In this document: piece by piece, positions 42,300 through 52,865 of the stretch
How the letters are laid out: the number at the start of each line of letters is the position of its first letter
Numbering within the stretch: position 1 is the first letter of the stretch
NCBI GenBank assembly: GCA_963744145.1
Contig: CAVUSO010000001.1
Span: 2,112,001-2,176,000 of the forward strand
Source of the DNA: an uncultured cyanobacterium
Lineage (GTDB): Bacteria > Cyanobacteriota > Cyanobacteriia > Cyanobacteriales > CAWUOF01
Direction of reading: 5' to 3'
Length of the DNA: 64,000 nucleotides
The notes under the pieces: model-generated
Databases searched by the model: none
Told to the model about the DNA's origin: nothing
What the model saw: the letters and a program-made list of their open reading frames with translations, nothing else
Program-made: the position numbers and the translations under genes

Positions 42300-43430
42300 T
42301 TGTCGCGTCAACTCATGAGTCCCGAGATTTGTAGAGTCCTATTAATAGATGATGATGAAGATGATTATGTGATGACTCGCGATTTTTTGAGCGAGGCAGA
42401 GCAATTGTTATTTAAGCTAACATGGATTAATAACTATGAAGATGGACTAGCAGAAATCAGCAAAAATCAACATGAAGTATATCTGTTGGACTTCCATCTT
42501 GGGCAAGAAAATGGTTTAGAACTATTGCAAACTGCAAGGTCGAATGGTTGTAATAAACCAATTATTCTGCTGACCGGAGTAGGAGATCATCATATTGATC
42601 AGAAAGCGATGACAACTGGTGCATCCGACTACTTAGTTAAGGGTAATACCTTGAATCCTACCTTGCTGGAAAGATTTATTCTACACGCCATAGAACGTAA
42701 ACACTCAGAAATTCGTCAAAGGGAACTATTGGCTGAATTAGCGATCGCTAATCAGGAACTTCAGGACTTTGCTTATATTGTTTCCCATGATCTGAAAGCT
42801 CCTCTCCGTGGAATTGCTGCTCTGGTAGAATGGTTAAACCAAGATTATGGTGATTGCTTGGATAGCAATGGTAAAGAACTATTACACCTGATGAAGGGAC
42901 GAGTCCGACGGATGAGTGATTTAATTGATGGGGTGTTAAAATATTCTCGTCTGGGTCGGACCAGGGAAGAGAAAACCGAGGTTAATCTGAATCTGCTGAT
43001 TGCAGAAATAATTGATGCGATCGCACCACCGAGCGAGATTAACATCATCATCGATAGAAATTTACCGACCCTCCAAGTGGAAAAAACCCGCATCCAACAA
43101 ATTTTTCAAAATTTGATTAGTAATTCGGTCAAGTATATAGGACAACCCAGGGGTGAAATTCGGATTGGTCATACTGAACAGCCGGAATTCTGGCAATTTT
43201 ATGTGAGTGATACAGGAATAGGGATCGAATCTCGTTATTTTGACAAAGTGTTTCAAATTTTTCAAACCCTGACACCAAATGACCAATCAGAAAGTACCGG
43301 AGTGGGACTAACAATTGTCAAAAAAATCGTCGAAATGTATGGTGGTCAAATTTGGATAACTTCTAAAGTTGGTCAATTTACTACATTTTGGTTCACCCTA
43401 CCCAAAGTAGTAGTGACGATTAAGGTTTAA
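42300..43430 (+). CDS. REC-histidine kinase
   Basis: IDDDEDD receiver; SHDLKAPLR, STGVGL. Confidence 0.9.
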   Translation: MSRQLMSPEICRVLLIDDDEDDYVMTRDFLSEAEQLLFKLTWINNYEDGLAEISKNQHEVYLLDFHLGQENGLELLQTARSNGCNKPIILLTGVGDHHIDQKAMTTGASDYLVKGNTLNPTLLERFILHAIERKHSEIRQRELLAELAIANQELQDFAYIVSHDLKAPLRGIAALVEWLNQDYGDCLDSNGKELLHLMKGRVRRMSDLIDGVLKYSRLGRTREEKTEVNLNLLIAEIIDAIAPPSEINIIIDRNLPTLQVEKTRIQQIFQNLISNSVKYIGQPRGEIRIGHTEQPEFWQFYVSDTGIGIESRYFDKVFQIFQTLTPNDQSESTGVGLTIVKKIVEMYGGQIWITSKVGQFTTFWFTLPKVVVTIKV

Positions 43431-43613
43431 GTTCAAAAAATATCGACAGCACAGTAAAACTGGAGCAAGATTTTTAAGTAATTATGACAATCTAACTCTC
43501 GCCTTAACTTTGTTAGACTTAAGTATAGCATGGATAACTGGCATGAAATTTTTCAAAATTATGCCAGATCATTCAGCATGGCAAAAAATATCTAACTCAA
43601 TCTACTTTTAATT

Positions 43614-46600
43614 ATGACTTATTATCCTCCTGGATCTGATTTATCTGTAATCAAAGACTCTAGTTCCTCTTTGATAAATATTTTGCTAGTCGAAGATAAT
43701 ATAATTGATCGAATGGCTTTTTCTCGGAGTGTGAAACAAGCAAAATTACCTTATAACTATACAATTGCTACTTGTCTCAAAGAAGCTATTACTATTCTGA
43801 ATAGTCAAGGATTTGAGATCATTATTCTCGATTATAACTTAGGTGATGGTTATGCTAACGAGCTATTTCCCATTCTGAAAGCCCGCAATTGTCCATTTAT
43901 TATTTCAACCGGTAGTGGAGATGAAGAAATAGCTGCTAAGTTAATGGGTGAAGGAGCTTATGATTATCTGATTAAAGACCCGGATTGTAACTATCTAAAA
44001 GTTTTACCAGTTACGGTAAATAAAGCGATCGCTCGTCATCAATCTGAGGAGCAGTTAAGATTACTCAGTTACGCCATCCAGAGTATTAAAGATAGCATAT
44101 ATATTGCTAATCATGAAGGGAAATTACTGTTTATTAATGATGCGCTGAAACAGCTTTGTCAGGTTGAGCAGAAAGATGTAGTTGGTGAAAATATCAAGAT
44201 TTTAGAACAACCCGAGCTGACTGAATATTTTTTAGATGATTCCCATTCAGGAGTAAACTATACCCTAAATACAGAAATATCGATTTATGACAAGAATCAT
44301 ACAAAAATTCCGATGTTACTCTCAGAATCACATATTCAGGATAGTGATCAAAAAATGAGAGTAGGCTTGATGCGTGATATCACAACACTGAAAAATGTAG
44401 AATTATCATTACGTCACGCTCAAGAAAATTTAGAAAAAAAAGTGGAGGAACGTACCGCTCAGTTACAGATAGCGATCGCGTCCTTACAGCAAGAAAATCA
44501 AGAACGTTTACAAGTAGAAGCATCCTTACGATCTAGTCGTGATCTGATTCAGAAACAACAATTATTTTTGAAATCAGTAATTGATAGTAATCCCAATTTG
44601 ATTTTTGTGATTGACGGGGATGGCAACTATTTACTTGCTAATCAGGCCATGGCCACATTTTATCAGACAACGGTGGCAGAAATGTTAGGAAAAAATTGTC
44701 AAAATTTTTCCTCTAATTCCCTCGAAGCAGCTGGTGTAATTGCTGAGAATCGTCAAATTATTACGACTGGACAAGAATTATTTAAGCCAGAAAAAAAAGT
44801 CGAGTTACCCGAGGGAGCGCAGTGGTTTCAGATCTACAAACGTCCGATTAAGTTACCAGAGCAGGATACTCTAGGAGTTGTGGGTGTAGCAGTGAATATT
44901 ACCGATCGCAAAATAGCAGAATTACAACGCCAAATGGCCAATGATGCACTGTATCTTTTGAATCAGGACTTGGAAAAAAGAGTAGAACAGCGCACCCTGG
45001 AACTGCAAGCAAGAGAAGCACAACTGTGGGATCTATTTGATAATGCCACTGATCTGATCCAAAGTATTACTCCTGATGGTCAAATTTTGTTGGTGAATCG
45101 AGCTTGGAAAGAAACCCTAGGATATCATGATCAGGATCTGGAACAGTTGTCGATTTTCCAGATTATCCATCCCGATGAATATATCCACTGTCAGACCGCA
45201 ATGGAAAGTTTATTTGCGGGTCATCCCTGTATGAGAATCGAAACCAAATTCCTCACTAAAGATGGAAGAGAAATTCTCGTAGAAGGAAACGTTAATTGTC
45301 AGTTTAAAGGAGGAAAACCGATCGCTACTAGAGGGATTTTTCGGGATATTACCCAACGCAAACAAGCTGATAATGACCTCCGGGAATCACAACAATTTTT
45401 GCAAACCTTACTTGATACACTTCCTCTCTATGTATTTTGGAAAAATCGTGAATTAGTTTATTTAGGTTGTAACCACAATTTTGCCGCAGCAGTAAAAATA
45501 GCTTCTTCTACAGAAATTATCGGTAAAACAGACTATGATTTACCTTGGGGAACATCTGAAGCTGAATTGTACCGGATTGACGATCGCCAAGTGATTGATA
45601 GTGGGAGAGCGAAACTGAATATTATCGAAACTCAACATCTAGCCGATGGTAAGATAGTTTGGGTAGAAACAAATAAAGTACCTCTGTGTAATGTGAAGGG
45701 TGAAGTGATTGGCATTTTAGGAACCTATCAAAATATTACTAATCGCAAAGAAGCAGAAATTAAATTACATCAACAAGCTGAAAGGGAACGCTTACTCAGA
45801 GAAATTACTCAACGCATTCGTCAATCTTTAGATATCCAAACTATTTTTGATACAGCCTGTCAAGAAATTCGTCAAGTGATTGGCTCTGATCGGGTGTGCA
45901 TTTTCAAATTTGACCCAATATCAAAGTGTGAGGATGGGGAATTTGTCGCCGAATCAGTCCCAGATAAATTGTTCTCTGTTGTCGGAATTAAAGTCCATGA
46001 CTACTGTTTTGGAGAAAAATATGCTAGCCTTTATTCTCAAGGCAATTTTTACGCGATTGATGATATCTATCACCATGGACTGACCAATTGCCATAGTAAA
46101 ATTCTGGAGCAATTTCAAATAGTAGCTAATCTGGTTATGCCCTTGCTTTGTGGTGAACAGTTATGGGGATTACTATGTGTTCATCAATGTAGCAAAAGTT
46201 ACCACTGGCAAGAGTCGGAAATTGACTTGACTCGACAACTTGCTAACCAATTGGCGATCGCCATTCAGCAGGTCAGTCTCTACGACCAAATCCAGTCAGA
46301 ACTATTAGTCAGACAGGAAGCAGAAAAAGAAATTGCCCTCCAACTCCGACGACAAAAAGCGGTTGGAGCGATCATCCAAAGGATTCGTGAATCACTAGAT
46401 CTACAAGAGATTCTAGCGACAGTGACTCAGGAAGTTAAAGATGTAATGCAATGCGATCGGGTAATCGTATTCAGACTGTTTACCGATGGGAGTAGTCAAA
46501 TCGTTGAAGAAGCTATATCTGATGATTTTCCCAGACTGAAGCATTGTCACTGGGAAAATGAAGTATGGTCTCAAGATATTCTAGATTGTTACTGGCAAGG

Positions 46601-48158
46601 AAAACCACGGATTGTGCCAGATGTGATGACAGATATCTGGACGAATTGCTTAGTGCAATACTGTATTGAAGGTCAAATCCAGTCCAAAATTGTCGCCCCG
46701 ATTCTGCAAGAAGTACATAGTAGCGAAAATCATCGCTGGATGATTCCTGGAGAAACCAATAAACTGTGGGGAGTGTTAGTTGTCCATGCTTGTCGAGAAA
46801 AACGAATTTGGCAAGAGTCGGAAGCTGAATTGCTCCAACAAATTGCCAATCAATTAGCGATCGCCATTCAGCAAGCTGGGTTATTTAAGCAATTACAACA
46901 AGAATTAGCAGAACGACAATTAGCCCAGCAACAACTGACGGAACGGAATCAAGAACTAGCCATCTCTAATCAACAACTCGCTCGTGCTACTCATCTTAAG
47001 GATGAATTCCTTGCTAATATGAGTCATGAACTACGAACTCCGCTCAATGCAATTCTTGGTTTAGCTGAGGGACTACAAGAACAAGTCTTTGGTCAGATCA
47101 ACCAGGAACAAGTCAAAGCTTTACAAACAATTGAGCGGAGTGGTTCCCATTTGTTGGAACTAATTAATGATATTTTGGATGTCGCCAAAATTGAATCCGG
47201 TCAAATTAAACTAGAATTTACTCCTACTCAGGTAGCTCCACTTTGTCAATCCAGTTTGACATTTATTAAACAACAAGCTCTAAAAAAAAGGATCAATCTT
47301 GAGATGAAAGTACCCCAGGATCTACCTGATTTGCTCGTGGATGAGCTCCGGATTCGTCAAGTTTTGATCAATCTGCTCAATAATGCTGTCAAATTTACTC
47401 CTACTCAAGGACTTATTACCCTAGAGGTCACACAGCTAGAATGTCCGATTGACCCAGAAGTTGACCATTCCCCCAGTCAAAATTTTCTCCGGATCTCTAT
47501 TAGTGATACAGGAATTGGGATTGCTTCGGAAAATATCAGTAAATTATTTCAGCCATTTATGCAAATTGATAGTGCCCTCAATCGTCAATATTCGGGGACA
47601 GGTTTAGGACTTACCCTGGTAAAACGCATTGTCGAACTCCACGGTGGTCAAGTGGGGTTAGTCAGTGAGGTGAGTGTAGGAAGTTGTTTTATGATTGATT
47701 TACCAGTTGTCACTGATTTATTTTTTCGGGAAATAGAAAATAACCAAGAACCTCGGAGCCAATTTAGTCAGGTAAAATTGGATAATTCTGGTTTAATTTT
47801 ATTGGTAGAAGACAATGAAGCTAATATTACTACAATTTCTAGTTATTTGCAGATGAAAAAATATCAAATACTGGTAGCAAAAAATGCCCTAGATGCGATC
47901 GCTTTAGCTAAGTCTAAACACCCGGATTTGATTCTGATGGATATTTCCCTGCCCGGGATGGATGGGCTAGAAGCAATTCACCAAATTCGTCAATATTCTC
48001 ATTTAGTCAATGTGCCGATTATTGCTCTGACTGCTTTAGCGATGAAAGGCGATCGCGAGCGTTGTCTAGCTGCTGGAGCTAATGATTATCTAAGTAAACC
48101 AGTGAAATTAAAGCAACTGACAACGACGATTCAAAAATTTTTAAATTTTCCGGAGTAG
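43614..48158 (+). CDS. REC-PAS(x4)-GAF-GAF hybrid histidine kinase, cyanobacteriochrome
   Basis: GAF1 HDYCF...NCH (Cys798, Cys826); GAF2 WENEVWSQDIL...WTNCLVQY (Cys1012); [10 protein letters not shown]-terminal REC. Confidence 0.92.
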   Translation: MTYYPPGSDLSVIKDSSSSLINILLVEDNIIDRMAFSRSVKQAKLPYNYTIATCLKEAITILNSQGFEIIILDYNLGDGYANELFPILKARNCPFIISTGSGDEEIAAKLMGEGAYDYLIKDPDCNYLKVLPVTVNKAIARHQSEEQLRLLSYAIQSIKDSIYIANHEGKLLFINDALKQLCQVEQKDVVGENIKILEQPELTEYFLDDSHSGVNYTLNTEISIYDKNHTKIPMLLSESHIQDSDQKMRVGLMRDITTLKNVELSLRHAQENLEKKVEERTAQLQIAIASLQQENQERLQVEASLRSSRDLIQKQQLFLKSVIDSNPNLIFVIDGDGNYLLANQAMATFYQTTVAEMLGKNCQNFSSNSLEAAGVIAENRQIITTGQELFKPEKKVELPEGAQWFQIYKRPIKLPEQDTLGVVGVAVNITDRKIAELQRQMANDALYLLNQDLEKRVEQRTLELQAREAQLWDLFDNATDLIQSITPDGQILLVNRAWKETLGYHDQDLEQLSIFQIIHPDEYIHCQTAMESLFAGHPCMRIETKFLTKDGREILVEGNVNCQFKGGKPIATRGIFRDITQRKQADNDLRESQQFLQTLLDTLPLYVFWKNRELVYLGCNHNFAAAVKIASSTEIIGKTDYDLPWGTSEAELYRIDDRQVIDSGRAKLNIIETQHLADGKIVWVETNKVPLCNVKGEVIGILGTYQNITNRKEAEIKLHQQAERERLLREITQRIRQSLDIQTIFDTACQEIRQVIGSDRVCIFKFDPISKCEDGEFVAESVPDKLFSVVGIKVHDYCFGEKYASLYSQGNFYAIDDIYHHGLTNCHSKILEQFQIVANLVMPLLCGEQLWGLLCVHQCSKSYHWQESEIDLTRQLANQLAIAIQQVSLYDQIQSELLVRQEAEKEIALQLRRQKAVGAIIQRIRESLDLQEILATVTQEVKDVMQCDRVIVFRLFTDGSSQIVEEAISDDFPRLKHCHWENEVWSQDILDCYWQGKPRIVPDVMTDIWTNCLVQYCIEGQIQSKIVAPILQEVHSSENHRWMIPGETNKLWGVLVVHACREKRIWQESEAELLQQIANQLAIAIQQAGLFKQLQQELAERQLAQQQLTERNQELAISNQQLARATHLKDEFLANMSHELRTPLNAILGLAEGLQEQVFGQINQEQVKALQTIERSGSHLLELINDILDVAKIESGQIKLEFTPTQVAPLCQSSLTFIKQQALKKRINLEMKVPQDLPDLLVDELRIRQVLINLLNNAVKFTPTQGLITLEVTQLECPIDPEVDHSPSQNFLRISISDTGIGIASENISKLFQPFMQIDSALNRQYSGTGLGLTLVKRIVELHGGQVGLVSEVSVGSCFMIDLPVVTDLFFREIENNQEPRSQFSQVKLDNSGLILLVEDNEANITTISSYLQMKKYQILVAKNALDAIALAKSKHPDLILMDISLPGMDGLEAIHQIRQYSHLVNVPIIALTALAMKGDRERCLAAGANDYLSKPVKLKQLTTTIQKFLNFPE

Positions 48159-48163
48159 AAATA

Positions 48164-49294
48164 ATGGATAGTCCTACTATTTTAGTGATTGACGATGAAC
48201 CAGATAATTTTGATGTGATTGAAACTTTGTTGATTAACCAAGATTATCAGTTACATTATGCGGCTAATGGTCAAGAGGCGATCGCCAATTTAAATATCAT
48301 TAATCCGGATCTAATTTTGCTGGATGTCATGATGCCGGATAGTGATGGAATTGAAGTTTGTCGGCAAATTAAAACTAACTCCCAATGGCAAACTGTGCCG
48401 ATTATTATCGTGACAGCATTAACTTCAAAATCAGCTTTAGCTGATTGTCTCACAGCCGGAGCTGATGATTTTATTAGTAAACCTGTGAATGGCACTGAAT
48501 TGCGAGCTCGGGTGCATTCCATGCTCAGGCTTAAACAACAGTATGATCAAGTTCAAGCCATGTCTCACCTCCAACAAAATACTATTAATATCTTAGAAAA
48601 GACTCTCACTGAACTGCGTGGTAATTTAGCTTCTAGTCTACCCCACGAACTCAATACACCTCTCAATGGTATTGTTGGTACGATCAAGTTACTCAAGGAA
48701 GATCTAGAAGAACTGGATATTTCTGAAATCCGTGAAATGCTAGACTGGGTTGATCGTTCGGCTGAACGCTTAGAAAACTTAACCAAAAAATTCCTAATTT
48801 ATTTAGAACTAGAACTATTTGCCAGTCAACCAGCCAAAATCCCATCATTCCGAACTCCCTGCTCAATTTCGCTAATTGTAGCTAAGTTAATCACCCATGC
48901 TCAGATGCTCAATCGCCAAGAAGACCTATTATTTACAGTTCCAGAAGTTGATCTGGCTCTATCTGAGCGCTATCTGTCGGTTCTCTTGCATGAATTAGTT
49001 GATAATGCCCTAAAATTTTCCTTACCGGGAACAATTGTTCAAGTGAATGGTCAAATCCTTGGGAAAATGCTAAATTTATCTATCTATGACTCAGGACGGG
49101 GCATAAAGGATGAACAAATTACTAAAATTGGTGCATTTATGCAGTTTGAACGTCAGGAATATGAGCAACAAGGAATCGGTCTGGGCTTAAAGATGGTCAA
49201 GCAAATCATCGAACTAGCAGGGGGAACGTTGACTATTACCAGTGTATATCAACAGTCAACCACGATCCACCTTACTTTACCGATTGTTCATTAG
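48164..49294 (+). CDS. REC-histidine kinase
   Basis: IDDEPDN receiver; LPHELNTPL, EQQGIGLGL. Confidence 0.9.
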   Translation: MDSPTILVIDDEPDNFDVIETLLINQDYQLHYAANGQEAIANLNIINPDLILLDVMMPDSDGIEVCRQIKTNSQWQTVPIIIVTALTSKSALADCLTAGADDFISKPVNGTELRARVHSMLRLKQQYDQVQAMSHLQQNTINILEKTLTELRGNLASSLPHELNTPLNGIVGTIKLLKEDLEELDISEIREMLDWVDRSAERLENLTKKFLIYLELELFASQPAKIPSFRTPCSISLIVAKLITHAQMLNRQEDLLFTVPEVDLALSERYLSVLLHELVDNALKFSLPGTIVQVNGQILGKMLNLSIYDSGRGIKDEQITKIGAFMQFERQEYEQQGIGLGLKMVKQIIELAGGTLTITSVYQQSTTIHLTLPIVH

Positions 49295-49344
49295 GTATTT
49301 TTATATTATTATTGAAACTCAGAAAATCCTCAAGATAATCACAA

Positions 49345-50433
49345 ATGTGTTCTATTCTGGTTGTAGACGATGAATACAATAATTTTTATGTGATTGAGAC
49401 GCTTTTAAAGAACCAAAGCTATCAATTACATTATGCAGCTAGTGGTCAAGAGGCGATCGCTATGCTCGAATTATGTAATCCTGATTTAATTCTCCTGGAT
49501 GTGATGATGCCCGGAATAGATGGGATTGAGATTTGTCGTCAAATTAAATCACTTTCTAAATGGCAAATTATCCCCATTATTATGATTACCTCATTAAATT
49601 CAAAATCAGATCTAGCTTATTGTCTGAATGCGGGAGCAGATGACTTTATCAGTAAACCAGTTAATGGAATTGAGCTAAGAGCAAGAATTCACTCGATGCT
49701 CAGAATTAAGCATCAGTATGACGATTTGCAATCTTTATTGAAATTGCGAGAAGATATGGTCGATATGTTAGTTCATGATTTACGCAATCCTCTGAGTGCA
49801 ATTTTAGTTGGTTTGCAACTTTTAAAAACACCGAACTATCCGATCGAGAGACAAAAAAAACAACTGACTCAAATCTATTCATCAGCCCAAAATTTACAAT
49901 CATTAATTGATAATTTATTGCAAATTTCCTTACTAGAATCTGGCCAAATTCGTCTTAATTATAAAGAAGTTGATATCGGTGAGTTGATTCAGGATGCTCT
50001 GGCAAATTTTGAAGTAATCGCTGCCCAAAAGAACCAATCGCTAGGATGTGAATTACCCACAGCATCTAGTCGGAAAGTCTTTGTTGATAGGACAATGATC
50101 CATCGAACTTTAGATAATCTGATCGCTAATGCAATTAAATTTTCCCCATCTAATAGTCAAATTATGATCAAGTTAGAATTTCTGGAATCAGGAGATACTA
50201 AAATTCAGGTGATTGATTCTGGACCAGGTGTTTCTGAGGAATTGAAACGAAATATTTTTGATAAATATGAAATTGGGACTTTAATGCCCGAAATTTCCCA
50301 AATTGGGTTAGGTTTAGCTTTCTGCAAAATGGTGGTTGAAGCACATAATGGCAAAATTTCTGTGCAAAATAACTACCCAAAAGGAGCAATTTTTGAAATT
50401 ACTTTGGTAACACAGGATCAGCTATTGATTTGA
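49345..50433 (+). CDS. REC-histidine kinase
   Basis: VDDEYNN receiver; VHDLRNPL, IGLGLAFC. Confidence 0.9.
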   Translation: MCSILVVDDEYNNFYVIETLLKNQSYQLHYAASGQEAIAMLELCNPDLILLDVMMPGIDGIEICRQIKSLSKWQIIPIIMITSLNSKSDLAYCLNAGADDFISKPVNGIELRARIHSMLRIKHQYDDLQSLLKLREDMVDMLVHDLRNPLSAILVGLQLLKTPNYPIERQKKQLTQIYSSAQNLQSLIDNLLQISLLESGQIRLNYKEVDIGELIQDALANFEVIAAQKNQSLGCELPTASSRKVFVDRTMIHRTLDNLIANAIKFSPSNSQIMIKLEFLESGDTKIQVIDSGPGVSEELKRNIFDKYEIGTLMPEISQIGLGLAFCKMVVEAHNGKISVQNNYPKGAIFEITLVTQDQLLI

Positions 50434-50440
50434 GTGTCTA

Positions 50441-50608
50441 ATACCAATTTAATGTGAAGTTGCATAGAGCTAGATCCCCCTAAATCCCCCTTAAAAAGGG
50501 GGACTTTAAATTCATGCTCCCCCTTTTTAAGGGGGTTGGGGGGATGGCTCCCCCTTTTTAAGGGGGTTGGGGGGATCAATTCTATGCACCCTCATAAAAA
50601 ATTGGTAT
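50441..50608. mobile_element. MITE-like element with internal CCCCC(T)TTAAGGGGG palindromes and a 30-bp internal duplication
   Basis: Ends ATACCAATTT / AAATTGGTAT; GCTCCCCCTTTTTAAGGGGGTTGGGGGGAT occurs twice. Confidence 0.8.
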
Positions 50609-50663
50609 AAAATAGGAATATATAGCAAACTTAAATGAAACCTGAACAGAATTTGAGCCTATT

Positions 50664-51311
50664 TTATTTAGATAAAGCTAGTTTTAAACAATTATCTTTA
50701 TTAATAACGGCAAATTTATTTTCCCATTTAGATACAATATAAAAGTAATTCTTTGCATCCTCCAGACAATATTCGTAAATCGTGCTTAATATCTCTTGAT
50801 AATTAGCTTTTTTTTCAATTACTTTTCTGGCATTCTTATAAATATAAAATCCATTTATTTGTTTATTTACTTGAATTTCTAAATATTCACATAGACCATT
50901 TAAACCCCCACGGTAGAGATTTTTTTGAGGATGTTTAAAAAAATCAAATAAGGTGATATCTATATTAGGTTTAATAGTCATCGCTCTGGCTCTCTTGTTC
51001 AAACAATAAATATCACTACTAATTATATTATAGCCAATAAATACTTTATTTTGCAATAGACGCATATCCCTGAAGATATCATTAATTAATTTTCTTTCTT
51101 CAGATTTATTTTCTAAGAATTGGATTTTTATATATTGATTTTTACTATGTTTAAGGATACGAGTAATCGTATATCCATAGATGCGCTGTAAAGGTTTAAC
51201 ATAGGTAAAATCAGGCCAAAACTCTAAGTCAATAAAAACTAAATCATAGATTGAACCAGCATAAAAATTGTTAACCAGACTATTTTCGATGGTGAGTTCT
51301 TTTCTAAACAT
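50664..51311 (-). CDS. RNase H-like/DEDD 3'-5' exonuclease domain protein (RNase_H_2/YprB-like)
   Basis: VFIDLEF, IGYNIISSD, YCLEDA correspond to Exo I/II/III motifs. Confidence 0.7.
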   Translation of the reverse strand: MFRKELTIENSLVNNFYAGSIYDLVFIDLEFWPDFTYVKPLQRIYGYTITRILKHSKNQYIKIQFLENKSEERKLINDIFRDMRLLQNKVFIGYNIISSDIYCLNKRARAMTIKPNIDITLFDFFKHPQKNLYRGGLNGLCEYLEIQVNKQINGFYIYKNARKVIEKKANYQEILSTIYEYCLEDAKNYFYIVSKWENKFAVINKDNCLKLALSK

Positions 51312-51512
51312 GAGTAAGTCAGCATAGACATGAATGATGGGGAGACATAAATATATGATATCAGATCAACCCGTTGATCGGAAAGTGAAAAAATCAAGAG
51401 TGGGACATCTAGCTCGAAAAACTTTGACCAGAAATTGCCAAAGTATCTTTAGCCGGAAACCATTTTGACTGATAATAGGAAAAGATTTCAGCAGAGGAAA
51501 GATTCACCGAAA

Positions 51513-52829
51513 ATGAACGCGATCGCGACCAAATTGCAAAGCTTGATCAATCCAGATGGGATCTGTGCATGGGAAAATTTAGACATCCAGCAGCAACAAC
51601 GATTTCAAAGTGCGATCGCTCCTGGGTATTTTCCGGAATGTATCGTCTATCCTAGCACTTCTACTGAACTGACCCAAATTATTACTATGGCCCAAGCCCA
51701 GGGTTGGCAAGTTCTACCCTGTGGTCATGGTAGCAAAATTAATTGGGGTGGTTTAGTGACCCCAGAAACAAAAAAGTTAATCGTGGTTAGCACCCAACGC
51801 TTAAACAATTTAATTGCACACGCAGTTGGAGATTTAACTGTGACAGTAGCAGCAGGAATGAAACTAACAGAATTACAAAAAATTCTGGGTAGTGCTAATC
51901 AATTTCTAGCTCTCGATCCAACTGTTTCTGAAACAGCAACAATCGGGGGAATTGTAGCAACTGGGGATAGTGGTTCTTTACGACAACGTTATGGTGGTGT
52001 GCGCGATCAATTAATTGGATTTTCTTTTGTCAGAGCTGATGGTAAAATTGCTAAAGCAGGGGGAAGAGTAGTAAAAAATGTAGCTGGTTATGACTTAATG
52101 AAATTATTCATTGGTTCCTATGGAACTTTAGGAATTTTATCCGAATTAACCTTTCGAGTATATCCCCTACCGAGTGCATCTCAGACAGTAGTTTTAACAC
52201 AGAAAAGCGACGCGATCGCCCAAATGACTAAAACCTTACTAGCATCAACCTTAACACCGACTGTCATTGATTTATTATCACCACAATTAGGAAGTAATTT
52301 AGGGTTTGGTCTAGGAATATCCTTAGTGATTCGGTGTCAAGGTATAGCTGAAAGTGTACAAGAACAAGCAAATAGAGTAGTAGAAATTGGCAAAAAACTA
52401 GGATTATCAGTTCAGACCTTGAGCAATACAGATGAAACTAACCTCTGGCAAAAATTATCGGCAGAAATTGATTCCAGGGATGGGATAATTCTTAGTAAAA
52501 TTGGTATTATGCCTGTAAAAGCAGTAGATATTTTGAACCAAGTAGATACTCTTTTTCCCCAGGGAGGAATAGGTTTAATTCATGCAAATAGTGGGTTAGG
52601 AAAATTGCGATTAGCAAGTGAGCAGGGGAGAGAAGGTTTAGCTAAACTGCGATCGTACTGTGAAAGTAATGGTGGATTTCTGACAATTTTAACAGCACCC
52701 TTAGCGATTAAGCAAGAACTTGATGTTTGGGGATATTATGGTAATGCACTAGATATTATGCGTCAAATCAAGTACCAATTTGATCCAGAATCTATCTTCA
52801 GTCCCCATCGTTTCGTCGGTGGAATTTAA
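51513..52829 (+). CDS. glcE: Glycolate dehydrogenase FAD-binding subunit
   Basis: GDLTVTVAAG, ATIGGIVATG, GGRVVKNVAGYDLMKLFIGSYGTLG, IKYQFDP; directly upstream of glcF. Confidence 0.85.
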   Translation: MNAIATKLQSLINPDGICAWENLDIQQQQRFQSAIAPGYFPECIVYPSTSTELTQIITMAQAQGWQVLPCGHGSKINWGGLVTPETKKLIVVSTQRLNNLIAHAVGDLTVTVAAGMKLTELQKILGSANQFLALDPTVSETATIGGIVATGDSGSLRQRYGGVRDQLIGFSFVRADGKIAKAGGRVVKNVAGYDLMKLFIGSYGTLGILSELTFRVYPLPSASQTVVLTQKSDAIAQMTKTLLASTLTPTVIDLLSPQLGSNLGFGLGISLVIRCQGIAESVQEQANRVVEIGKKLGLSVQTLSNTDETNLWQKLSAEIDSRDGIILSKIGIMPVKAVDILNQVDTLFPQGGIGLIHANSGLGKLRLASEQGREGLAKLRSYCESNGGFLTILTAPLAIKQELDVWGYYGNALDIMRQIKYQFDPESIFSPHRFVGGI

Positions 52830-52865
52830 CTAAATATCCGGTTTCAGACCAACTCCAAGAAAAAT

